DNA of 32,000 nucleotides from Edwardsiella phage vB_EpM_ZHS, in sequence record OM621816.1; one strand, written 5' to 3'. The notes under the pieces are model-generated. The model made no database searches. It was not told where the DNA came from and was given only the letters and a program-made list of their open reading frames with translations. Made by a program: the position numbers and the translations under genes. Shown piece by piece: positions 1 to 8,387 of the stretch (its first letter is position 1; each line of letters begins with the position of its first letter).

Positions 1-10
1 TTGCGTGTTT

Positions 11-154
11 TCATTGTTGGTCCTTTCTTTTCTTTCGCCATGTTTGCAGGCAGACGTACTCCCCTCCGCAGAGAGGGCAGCGCACGCCCTTCTTTGGATC
101 TGGGCATGGCCTATCACGCTTGGTCGGATGCCCTGGGAGAGTGGGCTTGCTCAT
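11..154 (-). CDS. small putative zinc-ribbon protein (47 aa, C-terminal part of the longer 11..439 ORF)
   Basis: MSKPTLPGHPTKRDRPCPDPKKGVRCPLCGGEYVCLQTWRKKRKDQQ; its start overlaps the stop of the 151..501 ORF (ATGA coupling); CPLCGG knuckle. Confidence 0.55.
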   Translation of the reverse strand: MSKPTLPGHPTKRDRPCPDPKKGVRCPLCGGEYVCLQTWRKKRKDQQ

Positions 155-501
155 AACGTGCCGTCCGATTGAATGATGTATTCGAGGCCGCGCATGCGCA
201 GCACGTCGAAGGCGTAGCCGACTTCGCCATCGATCTCGTAGCTTCCCGTGTGGCGCCACGCCAGCTCCGTGCCCCACTCCCAGGCCTCGTAGGCGCAAAG
301 CTCCTGGGCCTCCCAGCGCATGAGGATGGCGACGGTAGCCTGGCAGCAAATGAAGAAGTGCTCGGCGCCCGTGTGGCTGCTGCGCAGCCGATCTACGACG
401 ACGCCTGGGCCCTTCATGCGGTGCCACCAAGTGCGCCACACCTCGCCGATCCAGAAACCGCGGTCGGCATCGCGGATGAAGAACTTCGGTGCGCTTTTCA
501 T
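151..501 (-). CDS. hypothetical phage protein (116 aa)
   Basis: ORF MKSAPKFFIRDADRGFW..., start overlaps the stop of the upstream nuclease gene. Confidence 0.65.
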   Translation of the reverse strand: MKSAPKFFIRDADRGFWIGEVWRTWWHRMKGPGVVVDRLRSSHTGAEHFFICCQATVAILMRWEAQELCAYEAWEWGTELAWRHTGSYEIDGEVGYAFDVLRMRGLEYIIQSDGTL

Positions 502-1511
502 GACTCGATGACCCTCATTCCAAGTTCGTAGGCGAGCGGCCCCAGCTCCTCGGCTTCGACGAAGCGCGTGATGGTCTGCTCGGGCGTGTAGATGCGCTTG
601 CGCTCGCCTCCATCAGCCAGGCTGCGCTCTGTCTTTTCGACAATCAGCTCCACGCCGGCGATGATGATCTCGTAATCCCGGAGCAGCGCCACAGCTTCGC
701 GCCGCGTCTTCGACCAGCTGTGCTTGTCAGCTTCGCTCATCTTGATGCGGAGCTTGACTTGGTCGCCCTTGCGCAGCTTGGCGCGGGTCAGGTCGCCAGC
801 CACGAGCCGGTCCTGCACGGCAAGCGTGACGCGCTGCAGCGTCTTGAAGTAGAGATTGACGGGATTGCCGCCGCGCTCCAGAAGGACGCAGCGCGGCGTG
901 AAGGCGTCGCCGAAGTGGACGTGATAGGGGCTGCCCACGTACTCCACGCCGCCAATGATCTGCGGCACGTGGATGTCGCCGCTGTAGACCTTGCCCGCGT
1001 TGAGCGGCGGCAGATCCTCGCCGTCCATCACCTGGCCATTGCTGCTGACGGCGTTCTTCACGGTCTGGTGCATGAAGAGGTATTCGTAGTGGCTGAAGTC
1101 GAAGCCCGCCCAATCCTTGGCTGGCTGCTTGCTGTAGGGCAAGAAGAAAGCAGAGGGGCCCTTGACGTCTTCATCCTCGTAGGGCCGCGTGATGAACTTG
1201 ACGCGGCCACCATCCAGCCGGTCGAGGAAGCGGAAATACTCTTGGCCGTCGAGCAGCCAGTCGTGGTTCCCCGTGAGGATCTTGATGTCAGGCACGACCT
1301 GGGAGAGCATCCAGATGCTGTGCACGACCTTATTTACGAGATCCGCGTTGTGGTTGTCCTTGGCATCCGTGAGGTCACCAAGGATGTAGAGGCTCTTCAC
1401 CTTCTCGGCGCGAGCCTCAGCGACCAGCCAGTCGAACAGCCCCCATCTATAGGAGGTGGATTCGCTCGCGACGAGGTGAAGGTCGGAGGTCAGGAGACAG
1501 GGATACTGCAT
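498..1511 (-). CDS. SbcD/gp47-like metallophosphoesterase, DNA exonuclease subunit; internal start MQYPCLLTSDLHL
   Basis: Calcineurin-like motifs: TSDLHL, ILGDLTD, LTGNHDW, MHQT, SGDIHVPQ, GSPYHVHFGD. Confidence 0.88.
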   Translation of the reverse strand: MQYPCLLTSDLHLVASESTSYRWGLFDWLVAEARAEKVKSLYILGDLTDAKDNHNADLVNKVVHSIWMLSQVVPDIKILTGNHDWLLDGQEYFRFLDRLDGGRVKFITRPYEDEDVKGPSAFFLPYSKQPAKDWAGFDFSHYEYLFMHQTVKNAVSSNGQVMDGEDLPPLNAGKVYSGDIHVPQIIGGVEYVGSPYHVHFGDAFTPRCVLLERGGNPVNLYFKTLQRVTLAVQDRLVAGDLTRAKLRKGDQVKLRIKMSEADKHSWSKTRREAVALLRDYEIIIAGVELIVEKTERSLADGGERKRIYTPEQTITRFVEAEELGPLAYELGMRVIES

Positions 1512-2112
1512 GGCTGAGGATGGAGAGGAGTTGTTTGAAGGCTGGCGTCTGGATACCAGCAGAGACCGTAGCCATGGCATCAGCCAGGTGTTCGTTGTCG
1601 TTGACGAGGCGCCCAGCCTCCAGACGCTTCCCCTTGGAGCTGGCGGCATGGGCGGCACGAATCCAGGGGGCCTCAGGCCAGTTATTCGCAGCCCAGGCAA
1701 TGATCTCGGCCTTGCTGGCGCCCTTTTGGACTTTGCGCCCCGCCACGGCGGCCTTGACTTCCATGGGGCTCACTTCGATGATGGGCACAGAACACGACGC
1801 CAGAATGCCCACGGCGATGCCCAGGGAGTAGGCGGCCGTGGCGCTCTGCGTGTTGCCCCCAGGGATCTCGGCAAAAGCAACGCGAGCGCCACTCTTAGAG
1901 ATGGCCTTGTGAAGGGCCTCGTGAAGCTCCTGGGCACGCCGCAGGCGGTCGCTACTCACGCGGACAGCCTTCCCATCAGCCTTGGCTGTTTGCGCAAGCT
2001 CCAGGCCCTGGCAACTAATGCTCTTGAGACCTTCTCGTTCGAGATCCACCTCGACGAAGGCGAAGCCCATGTTGGCGAAGCCCACGTCTATACTCAAGCC
2101 CTTGACTCTCAT
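1447..2112 (-). CDS. RuvC-like Holliday junction resolvase
   Basis: MRVKGLSIDVGFANMGFAFVEV; FAEIPGGNTQSATAAYSLGIAVGI; SPMEVKAAVAGRKVQKGASKAEI; NDNEHLADAMATVSAG (RuvC-fold acidic residues). Confidence 0.78.
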   Translation of the reverse strand: MRVKGLSIDVGFANMGFAFVEVDLEREGLKSISCQGLELAQTAKADGKAVRVSSDRLRRAQELHEALHKAISKSGARVAFAEIPGGNTQSATAAYSLGIAVGILASCSVPIIEVSPMEVKAAVAGRKVQKGASKAEIIAWAANNWPEAPWIRAAHAASSKGKRLEAGRLVNDNEHLADAMATVSAGIQTPAFKQLLSILSHAVSLSPDLRPSPRRERIHLL

Positions 2113-2759
2113 GAGCCCTCCGGCCATTTGAAAGCCAGGCGCGAGGCGGGGATCTCAGCGGCCCCGGCCCAAATATCTGCCATGCCCATCCCAGACGCAC
2201 GGCGCTGCTCCATGGCATAGGCGTACTCAGCCAGGATCTTGTGGGCGCCGTCGATGCGCGCCACCATCTCCTCGTTCACTTCGATGGCTTCCCGCACTTG
2301 GCTCATGCGCTGCTCGACGGCGGCGCGCAGGAAGTCGGGGCCTGCCCCCTTGAACACGAGGGCGTTGAGGCGCTTCGTAAGCTGGCGCAGGTTGGTGCGC
2401 AGCTCATTCAAGGCGCCTTGATGCTGGGCTCGGTGCTCGTTCAGCATGCGGTGGGTATCGCTGACGAGGTTCAGGCCCTCGGGGGCCTTGGTGATGACCG
2501 CCAAAAAGGTCGTGACGAGGAAGTCGCGGGCGCGGGCCTCCTTGGGGTCGGCTATGAGGCCTTCCAGGCCGCTGTCGTAGGCCGCCCGCTCCTCGGGGTT
2601 GCTGAGGATGCGGTAGGCCTCGTTAACGCGCGCCTGGGCCTCGTGGCTGCCGCCTTCTCGATCTGGGTGGGCCTTGCTATTGGCTTGCCGCCAAGCGGCC
2701 TTGATCTCGGCCTGGGTCGCTGTCTCCGCGATGCCCAGGACTTCGTAGTGGTCCTGCAT
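2109..2759 (-). CDS. J-domain (DnaJ-like) protein
   Basis: N-terminus MQDHYEVLGIAETATQAEIKAAWRQANSKAHPDREGG...RVNEAYRILSNPEERAAYDSG, containing the HPD tripeptide; C-terminal part unrelated to canonical DnaJ. Confidence 0.85.
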   Translation of the reverse strand: MQDHYEVLGIAETATQAEIKAAWRQANSKAHPDREGGSHEAQARVNEAYRILSNPEERAAYDSGLEGLIADPKEARARDFLVTTFLAVITKAPEGLNLVSDTHRMLNEHRAQHQGALNELRTNLRQLTKRLNALVFKGAGPDFLRAAVEQRMSQVREAIEVNEEMVARIDGAHKILAEYAYAMEQRRASGMGMADIWAGAAEIPASRLAFKWPEGS

Positions 2760-3128
2760 TTACTTGGCCTCCGGCTTGGGCTTCGGACCTGGGCCTTTCT
2801 CTCGTATCTCTGCGGGCTCAGTGACCAAATAGGCTATTGGGCCGAGATGTTCGGTCCCGAAAGTTTGCTCCCACTTTCTCAGGCGTGCTGGGATGAGGGC
2901 CTCGATGAGGGCTTCTACGCAACGACGGGCATCGCGCTTGTCCTTGCTGCCTTGCGTGATCTGTCCCACCACTAGGCCATTGGCGGCTTTGATGCGGACG
3001 TTGACCACGGGCTCACCCTCGGCGTAGCGGAACGGGTTGCCGATCTCTCCGGTGCCGCCCACGACGCGCGTTGGCGTGGACCAGTAGTATTCGATGGTGG
3101 GGAGCTTGACAGTTGATTTTCTGGGCAT
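2760..3128 (-). CDS. hypothetical protein (122 aa), start chosen at MPRKSTVKLPTIEYYWS
   Basis: ORF with SD-like CGGAG before ATG at 3128; ORF track start at 3422 is an upstream extension that overlaps the next gene. Confidence 0.6.
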   Translation of the reverse strand: MPRKSTVKLPTIEYYWSTPTRVVGGTGEIGNPFRYAEGEPVVNVRIKAANGLVVGQITQGSKDKRDARRCVEALIEALIPARLRKWEQTFGTEHLGPIAYLVTEPAEIREKGPGPKPKPEAK

Positions 3129-3147
3129 GGGAATCTCCGAGTAAAAG

Positions 3148-3169
3148 AAAAAGGGGGCCGTTAGCCCCC
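3148..3169 (-). terminator. rho-independent terminator-like hairpin with U-run
   Basis: minus strand GGGGGC-TAACG-GCCCCC followed by TTTTTC. Confidence 0.65.
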
Positions 3170-3190
3170 AAATATACAGAGAAGTGCGGC

Positions 3191-3817
3191 TCAGCCCCCG
3201 GCTTGCCAAGGTTGGGGGCGCGGCGCCGGAGCCGAGGTCATAGGCTGGGCTTCGAGGGCCGCCTGTGCCTTGCGGCCCGAGGCCTCGCGATCCTTGGCCC
3301 ATTGCGGGCGCAGGCGGTCGGGGCAGCGCCAGGCCTTCACCGCCACGCCGCGGTCGCGGGCATCGGCTTCGATCATGTCGGCTTCGTCTTCCGTGGCTGA
3401 TGCCGAATTGGGATCCTGGCATTGCGTGGCGTTGATCCAGGCCTGCGAACGGCCCGTGTATTTGCCGTTGAGGGCGCGGGCGCGGACGTCGCAGGCCACT
3501 TGCATGGCGCCGCCCTTGCTGGCTGCCGCGCCGAAGACCTTGGCTTGCACGCTGATGGCATCCCCGGCCTCGTTGCAGGTGTCGTTAGCCGGGGCGTTGA
3601 CGCCGACGAAGGCCGCCGAGGAAACCGGCAGGCCGCTGTGCGTGACCTTGTTTTCCGTGTAGCCGAGCTGGGGCGCGCTGTTCACGTTGACCACGGGGTT
3701 GCCGATGTTCTGCGGGCTTGCCTGCGCCACGCTGCCCGCCGAGGACTCGCTGGTGGCATCTGCGAAAGCCGAGAAGGAGGCCGCGATGAGGGCGGCCAAG
3801 ATGACTTGCTTTTTCAT
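3191..3817 (-). CDS. exported hypothetical protein (208 aa) with signal peptide and four cysteines
   Basis: N-terminus MKKQVILAALIAASFSAFA|DATSE; SD-like CGGAG before ATG. Confidence 0.75.
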   Translation of the reverse strand: MKKQVILAALIAASFSAFADATSESSAGSVAQASPQNIGNPVVNVNSAPQLGYTENKVTHSGLPVSSAAFVGVNAPANDTCNEAGDAISVQAKVFGAAASKGGAMQVACDVRARALNGKYTGRSQAWINATQCQDPNSASATEDEADMIEADARDRGVAVKAWRCPDRLRPQWAKDREASGRKAQAALEAQPMTSAPAPRPQPWQAGG

Positions 3818-3850
3818 GATTGGATCTCCGAGAAAGAATAGGGCCGAAGG

Positions 3851-3872
3851 CGGGAAGCCTTGCGGCCTCCCG
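3851..3872 (-). other. strong intergenic hairpin with GCAA (GNRA-type) tetraloop in the leader of the 208-aa gene
   Basis: minus strand CGGGAGGCC-GCAA-GGCTTCCCG, 9-bp stem with one G.U pair, no U-run. Confidence 0.6.
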
Positions 3873-3888
3873 GAACCACCTCGAATCG

Positions 3889-4578
3889 TTAGTTCGAGGT
3901 GCTGGTGATGCTGCCCACCTTGGCTTGGCCGAACGCATTGGCAGCGGCCTCGGTTTGCAGCTGGACGGTGCCCGTGCCCAGCGTGAGCTGTGCGGCGGGA
4001 AGGGTCAGTGCCGACGTGATGCCGTGGCTGGACACATCGGTTTGCTGCAGCGGGCCGACCTTGATCTGCGAGGCCGAGGCGCTCGCATCGAAGCCGCTCG
4101 TGGCCGAGCCACCGGTGAATGCCAGGCCATTGGTGCCGCTTGCCGCGCTCGTGCCGACAATTGCTTCAGCGTTGCCCGTGACGTTGGCTTGCGGGCCACC
4201 GGCCACCGTGTGGGCTTCACCAGCGCCGACGATCGATGCCGTGCTCACGCCCGAGGCCTGCGCCGAGCCCGATGCATTGCCCACGCTCAGATTGCCGGCG
4301 ATGGCGCCGCCGTTGGTTGCCGCATTGCCGGTGACGCCCACGCTTGCCGCCTTGAGGGGGCCGATGCCCACGCCCAGGCCAGTCGTCGTGCCGCTCGTGG
4401 TGGCTGACTGCTGGTTGGCTGCGCCGGAGATGCTCAGGCCGCCGCCGTTGCCCGCGTAGGAGCTGACCTGGCTGGTCGAGATGGCCGCCGTGGCCGGGGT
4501 CAAAGACTGCGATGAGCCGTGGGCCAGCGCAACGCCGGCGATGAGAAGAGCGGCTACTGCCGCGAAAAGCTTTTTCAT
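3889..4578 (-). CDS. exported Gly/Ala/Ser/Thr-rich low-complexity protein (229 aa)
   Basis: Signal peptide MKKLFAAVAALLIAGVALAHG; remainder G/A/S/T/N/Q rich, cysteine-free. Confidence 0.75.
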   Translation of the reverse strand: MKKLFAAVAALLIAGVALAHGSSQSLTPATAAISTSQVSSYAGNGGGLSISGAANQQSATTSGTTTGLGVGIGPLKAASVGVTGNAATNGGAIAGNLSVGNASGSAQASGVSTASIVGAGEAHTVAGGPQANVTGNAEAIVGTSAASGTNGLAFTGGSATSGFDASASASQIKVGPLQQTDVSSHGITSALTLPAAQLTLGTGTVQLQTEAAANAFGQAKVGSITSTSN

Positions 4579-4660
4579 GATCGATACTCCGAAAGGTTGA
4601 GAAATGACAAGCGGAATTGCCCGTCGGTAAGCCCAGCTCGCTAGGCTTAGCGCCGCGCAA

Positions 4661-4858
4661 TCAATGCAGGAAGTAGCGGTAGGCTGCTTCGCTCACGAAG
4701 AAGATGAAAAGCGTCATGAAAAGCACGGCCGCCAGAATGCGGGTGACCAGCCAGCTCCACCAAGGAGTGCGCTGCCGAGCCCAGGCGGGCCTCTGACCGT
4801 ATTTGAACGGGACTCCCGCCTCCCCGAATCCCGTGTGCTTGAATTTCCTGTGTCCCAT
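4661..4858 (-). CDS. small membrane protein (65 aa)
   Basis: single TM segment WLVTRILAAVLFMTLFIFFV; promoter-like element directly upstream. Confidence 0.6.
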   Translation of the reverse strand: MGHRKFKHTGFGEAGVPFKYGQRPAWARQRTPWWSWLVTRILAAVLFMTLFIFFVSEAAYRYFLH

Positions 4859-4888
4859 CTGCGTAGCCCTCGTTCGTTGCGATGGCCT

Positions 4889-4908
4889 GATTATATAAAG
4901 ATTTTACT
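4889..4908 (-). promoter_or_regulatory. putative minus-strand promoter (-10 region TATAAT) of the AGTAAA-N2-CTTTATATAATC type
   Basis: minus strand AGTAAAATCTTTATATAATC, 18/20 identical to the element at 20718-20737; TTGCGC lies upstream. Confidence 0.55.
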
Positions 4909-4928
4909 AAGCGCAAGCAAATATTTCT

Positions 4929-5207
4929 TCAGGGGCCCCCAGGGGTGAAACCCCACGTCGAATCCATGCCGTCGCCTTGCTCCTTGCTGACGTCCTGGGA
5001 TGGAGACTCCACCAAGCTGATGAGATCCCCAGGGCCTTCCTTACCCTCGAAGAAGATGACGCGGCCATCGTCCTCGTGGGCAATGAAGCCGTTGCTGAGT
5101 ACCCAGCGCCAGCCATCAAAGGCCCCAGGGCCTCTGTCCAAGGTCACCCGCACAATGCTGCCATCGCGCGTGCGCCATTGCTGATTGATTCGGATGTCCT
5201 TGGGCAT
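4929..5207 (-). CDS. hypothetical protein (92 aa)
   Basis: MPKDIRINQQWRTRDGSIVRVTLDRGPGAFDGWRWVLSNGFIAHEDDGRVIFFEGK...; preceded by AAGGAG. Confidence 0.65.
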   Translation of the reverse strand: MPKDIRINQQWRTRDGSIVRVTLDRGPGAFDGWRWVLSNGFIAHEDDGRVIFFEGKEGPGDLISLVESPSQDVSKEQGDGMDSTWGFTPGGP

Positions 5208-5217
5208 GTCATGCTCC

Positions 5218-6333
5218 TTAGTACTTGCGGGCCTTGGGAAGGAAGTCGTTCTCGATGCGCGACCATTCGCGCTTCAAGACCTTGTTGAGGATGGCTCGAA
5301 CCTCGCGGATCTCGTCGCCGCCCTTGGTGCGCAGCGATTCGATGCGCCGCTTGTAGCCTGCCTTGCTCATATCGAGTTCGGCCTGCAGCACGTCAGCAAG
5401 GCCGACTTCCAGCAGCCACTCCACGCCTGCCGTGATGTCGTCGATGCCGTAGCCGAAGATGACCGGGTAGTCGGCGCTGCGGAAAGGCAGCCCCACCTTG
5501 TTCTTCTTGACGCGCATCTCCACGTCCATGCCGACGATGCGCTCCACGCCACGAATCGTGCGCTTGATCTTGGCCTTCTCGCGCAGCCACAGGATGTGGG
5601 ATGCGTAGTAGTCCAGGGCCTTGCCGCCGCTTCGCGTCTTCGTCTCGCCGAAGGTCACGCCGATCTTGTCGCGGAGCTGGCTGACGACGATGAGGAGGCA
5701 TTCCTGCCGCTCGATCTTCTCGACGAGCTTGCGGAATAGCTCGCCCAGCTTCTTCGCCTTCTGCGTGCCGTAGGTGTTGGTCTCTTCGATGCCGCGCTGC
5801 ATCTCGGCGTCGTCGCTGAGAGCATCGAGGCTGTCGAGCACGTAGATAGAGGGCCGATCCTTGTTGCGGTCGAGGAAGGCATCCATGTCCTTGTACCAGT
5901 CCTCGATGGTTCGCAGAGGCTTGCCCTCGTTGAACTCGACGCGGTCGATGGGCAAGCCCAGAGCCTCGGCGTAGTTCTCGTCGAAGGCCGACTCGGACTC
6001 GGCGTAGCGGGCCGCCGCGTTCTTGTAGAGCCGGCAGATGTTCGTGATGGCTTCGATGGCAAGGAGAGTCTTGCCAGCGCTGCGGTCGCCTACGATGTTG
6101 ACGACGCGCCCCAGGGCATAGCCGCCCCCTAGTGCGCAGTCGATGAGCTGGGCGCCGCTGCTGACGAAAGCCAGGCCCGCCTTGTCCATGGATGCGAAGT
6201 AGTTGGGCGGTGAGGGCGGCAGATCTTCGTCCTCTACTTCGACGCGTTCCCGCTTGCGCGGGTTCTCGGCCTCAAGCGCCTGCCTTTTCTTGACAGGCGC
6301 TTTGGCCGTAGCTTTCTTGGTTGCTACGGCCAT
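5218..6333 (-). CDS. RecA/UvsX-like recombinase
   Basis: P-loop GDRSAGKTLLAIEA; YAESESAFD; SIYVLDSLDAL; LLIVVSQLRDKIG. Confidence 0.9.
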   Translation of the reverse strand: MAVATKKATAKAPVKKRQALEAENPRKRERVEVEDEDLPPSPPNYFASMDKAGLAFVSSGAQLIDCALGGGYALGRVVNIVGDRSAGKTLLAIEAITNICRLYKNAAARYAESESAFDENYAEALGLPIDRVEFNEGKPLRTIEDWYKDMDAFLDRNKDRPSIYVLDSLDALSDDAEMQRGIEETNTYGTQKAKKLGELFRKLVEKIERQECLLIVVSQLRDKIGVTFGETKTRSGGKALDYYASHILWLREKAKIKRTIRGVERIVGMDVEMRVKKNKVGLPFRSADYPVIFGYGIDDITAGVEWLLEVGLADVLQAELDMSKAGYKRRIESLRTKGGDEIREVRAILNKVLKREWSRIENDFLPKARKY

Positions 6334-6336
6334 GGC

Positions 6337-7707
6337 TTAGTCCTCCCGACGACGGCGCGGGCGGTCGTCGTCATCGCCTTCACGGCGTCGGCGCATCTCC
6401 CCGAGCTTGTCATCGTCGTCATCGCGGCTGCGACGCGGACGATCGTCGTCGTCCTTCACGCGTTCGCGGCGCTCGCTCTTGGTCAGCTTCATTTCCTCGC
6501 AGATCCAGTCAGCGAGATCCTCGGTGTCCTTGGCATCCTTGGGATTGATGTCGAGCTTCTCCTCGTCGATGAGATCCTCGAGTTCCGACTTGGTCATCTC
6601 GTGCACGCTCTCCCAGGTGGGTGCCACCGGGTCGTCGTTGCGGCTGCGCGAGCCACGATCGTCGCCACGCCCACGGCCTCGGGGCGCATCGTCGTCATCG
6701 CGTTCTGGGCGCCGGCTGCTGCGACTGCCGCGGTCCTCGTCGTCATCGCGGCTGCGACGCGGACGATCGTCGTCTCGGTCGCGGCTGGGACGAGCGCCGC
6801 CCTTGATGCCAAAGCTCTTGGCAATGTCTTCATAGCTGTAGACAACGACTTGATCGGGCAGCGGATTGTCCATGGCGAAGTCGAGCCACTCTTCCTTGCC
6901 AAGGGGGCTTTCGCGCCTGGCCACGGCCACGCCCTCGTACTTGGTCTTCAGGCCCGTGCCGTTTTTCTCGAACTCGACGTCATAGCCGTCTTCGGGATGG
7001 TCGATCTCCAGCAACTGGCCGCTCGACTTGTCCTGGCTGACCTTGATGATGTCGTTGTCGAGCGTCCAGGGCATCGACCATGCCTGGACGCCTTCCTTCG
7101 GCTTGTCGCGATCCACGACGTAAACCAGCGTGCGGCGCTTGGGCTCCAAGCTCTTGGCGTACTCGTCCTCGCCTTCGTCGCGGGCTATTGCCCGCTCTTC
7201 GCAGATCGGACAAGGGTCGCCCTTCATCTTGGCGGGGCAGAGGTAGTTTTGCTTGTCGGCGCCTATGCCGTAGTGCACGTAGATGTCGTAGCCGTAATGC
7301 TCGGCGCCCTTCCACGTAGGTGGCAGGATGCGCACCCGGTTGTCGCCGTCGTTGACCTTGAAGGCCTTGATGTGCGACGCCAAGTACTTGTCGAAGTCGG
7401 TGTTGCCGCGCTGGCTGCGGCGCTTCGTGGCATCGGGGTCACGGCTCTCGTAGCGGTAGTTGCCACCTGCGCCCGACGAGCGGACCCGCGAACCGCGGTC
7501 CTCGTCGTCATCGCGGCCACGGCGTCCACCACGATCGTCGTCATCGCGATCACGCCCACGACGTGGACGATCGTCATCGTCTTCCCGGCTGCGCGAGCGA
7601 CCACGCGGAGCATCGTCGTCTTCCCGCGAGGAGCGGCGGCGGGGTTCGTCTTCTTCACGGGACCGGCGCGATCCCCGGTCGTCATCGCGTTCGCTGTAGC
7701 GGCTCAT
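6337..7707 (-). CDS. T4 gp32-like ssDNA-binding protein with extended Arg/Asp-rich N- and C-terminal tails
   Basis: Core contains H-x11-C-x8-C-x2-C (HYGIGADKQNYLCPAKMKGDPCPIC) and RVRILPPTWKG; tails are SRREEDEPRRRSSREDDD-type; start at MSRYSERDD with AAAGGAAA upstream. Confidence 0.82.
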   Translation of the reverse strand: MSRYSERDDDRGSRRSREEDEPRRRSSREDDDAPRGRSRSREDDDDRPRRGRDRDDDDRGGRRGRDDDEDRGSRVRSSGAGGNYRYESRDPDATKRRSQRGNTDFDKYLASHIKAFKVNDGDNRVRILPPTWKGAEHYGYDIYVHYGIGADKQNYLCPAKMKGDPCPICEERAIARDEGEDEYAKSLEPKRRTLVYVVDRDKPKEGVQAWSMPWTLDNDIIKVSQDKSSGQLLEIDHPEDGYDVEFEKNGTGLKTKYEGVAVARRESPLGKEEWLDFAMDNPLPDQVVVYSYEDIAKSFGIKGGARPSRDRDDDRPRRSRDDDEDRGSRSSRRPERDDDDAPRGRGRGDDRGSRSRNDDPVAPTWESVHEMTKSELEDLIDEEKLDINPKDAKDTEDLADWICEEMKLTKSERRERVKDDDDRPRRSRDDDDDKLGEMRRRREGDDDDRPRRRRED

Positions 7708-7838
7708 TGCTGTTTCCTTTTCATTCGGGTTTCGTACTCGTGCTTGGAGGCAAAATAGGCGGCGCTGCACAGACGCACGCCTAGGTAAAGTGCGCCCAGG
7801 CCCAGAAGGCCATAGGCGCAGAACTCAAGAAAGGCCAT
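7704..7838 (-). CDS. small membrane protein (44 aa), not in the supplied ORF track
   Basis: Manual translation MAFLEFCAYGLLGLGALYLGVRLCSAAYFASKHEYETRMKRKQQ*; ATGA overlap with the start of the SSB-like gene and directly abuts the upstream ORF at 7839. Confidence 0.65.
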   Translation of the reverse strand: MAFLEFCAYGLLGLGALYLGVRLCSAAYFASKHEYETRMKRKQQ

Positions 7839-8360
7839 TCAGTCCTCCCGGCGCCGCGCGCGGACTGGGGTGTCGGTGGGCTGGGCTTCTTCGACGGAGT
7901 CGCGGGCGCGGCGGGCGATGCGGTCCTCGCGCTGCTCATTGCGCCGATCCTGCGGGCTTCTCGCGGGCGCCGAGCGCAGGCTGAAGTACTGGGCGCCATA
8001 GAGGTCGGCAAGGGTCTTGATGCTATAGCCCCGCTGACGCCAGGCTTCCAGCAGATTCGACCACTCCTCGTGCTGGGCCCTTGCGCTCTGGAAAGCCTCC
8101 CAGGCGCTCATGCGCGTGGGATCCCGCGCCACCTTGGCGGCGCGCAGCTCGACGGTGAGCTTGGGCTCGTCCTCGCGCAGCTCCTCGGCGAGCCGCCCCT
8201 CCACGCGGGCAAGCTTGTCCTTGGCGGCAAGCATGGCCGAGTTTAGGGCCACGACCTCCCGCGAGATCCGCTCTTGGACGTCCGCCTGGGCTTCCAGCTC
8301 GTCGTCGAGGCGATGCTTGTTCACCACAAGCATCGCCCGGTATTGCTGAATCGTTGGCAT
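7839..8360 (-). CDS. hypothetical coiled-coil-like protein (173 aa)
   Basis: MPTIQQYRAMLVVNKHRLDDELEAQADVQERIS..., charged helical composition. Confidence 0.7.
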   Translation of the reverse strand: MPTIQQYRAMLVVNKHRLDDELEAQADVQERISREVVALNSAMLAAKDKLARVEGRLAEELREDEPKLTVELRAAKVARDPTRMSAWEAFQSARAQHEEWSNLLEAWRQRGYSIKTLADLYGAQYFSLRSAPARSPQDRRNEQREDRIARRARDSVEEAQPTDTPVRARRRED

Positions 8361-8387
8361 AGTGCTCCTTTCGGCTTAGCTATACGC

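Noticed and set aside
7440-7707. CRISPR-like or minisatellite array in the cgtcatcgtcgtc-type repeats
   Set aside because: No constant repeat/spacer periodicity; it is coding low complexity (RDDD/RSRE) in the minus-strand SSB-like protein.
6601-7758. 385-aa plus-strand ORF and other frames through the SSB-like gene
   Set aside because: Antisense readings of Arg/Asp-rich repeat codons.
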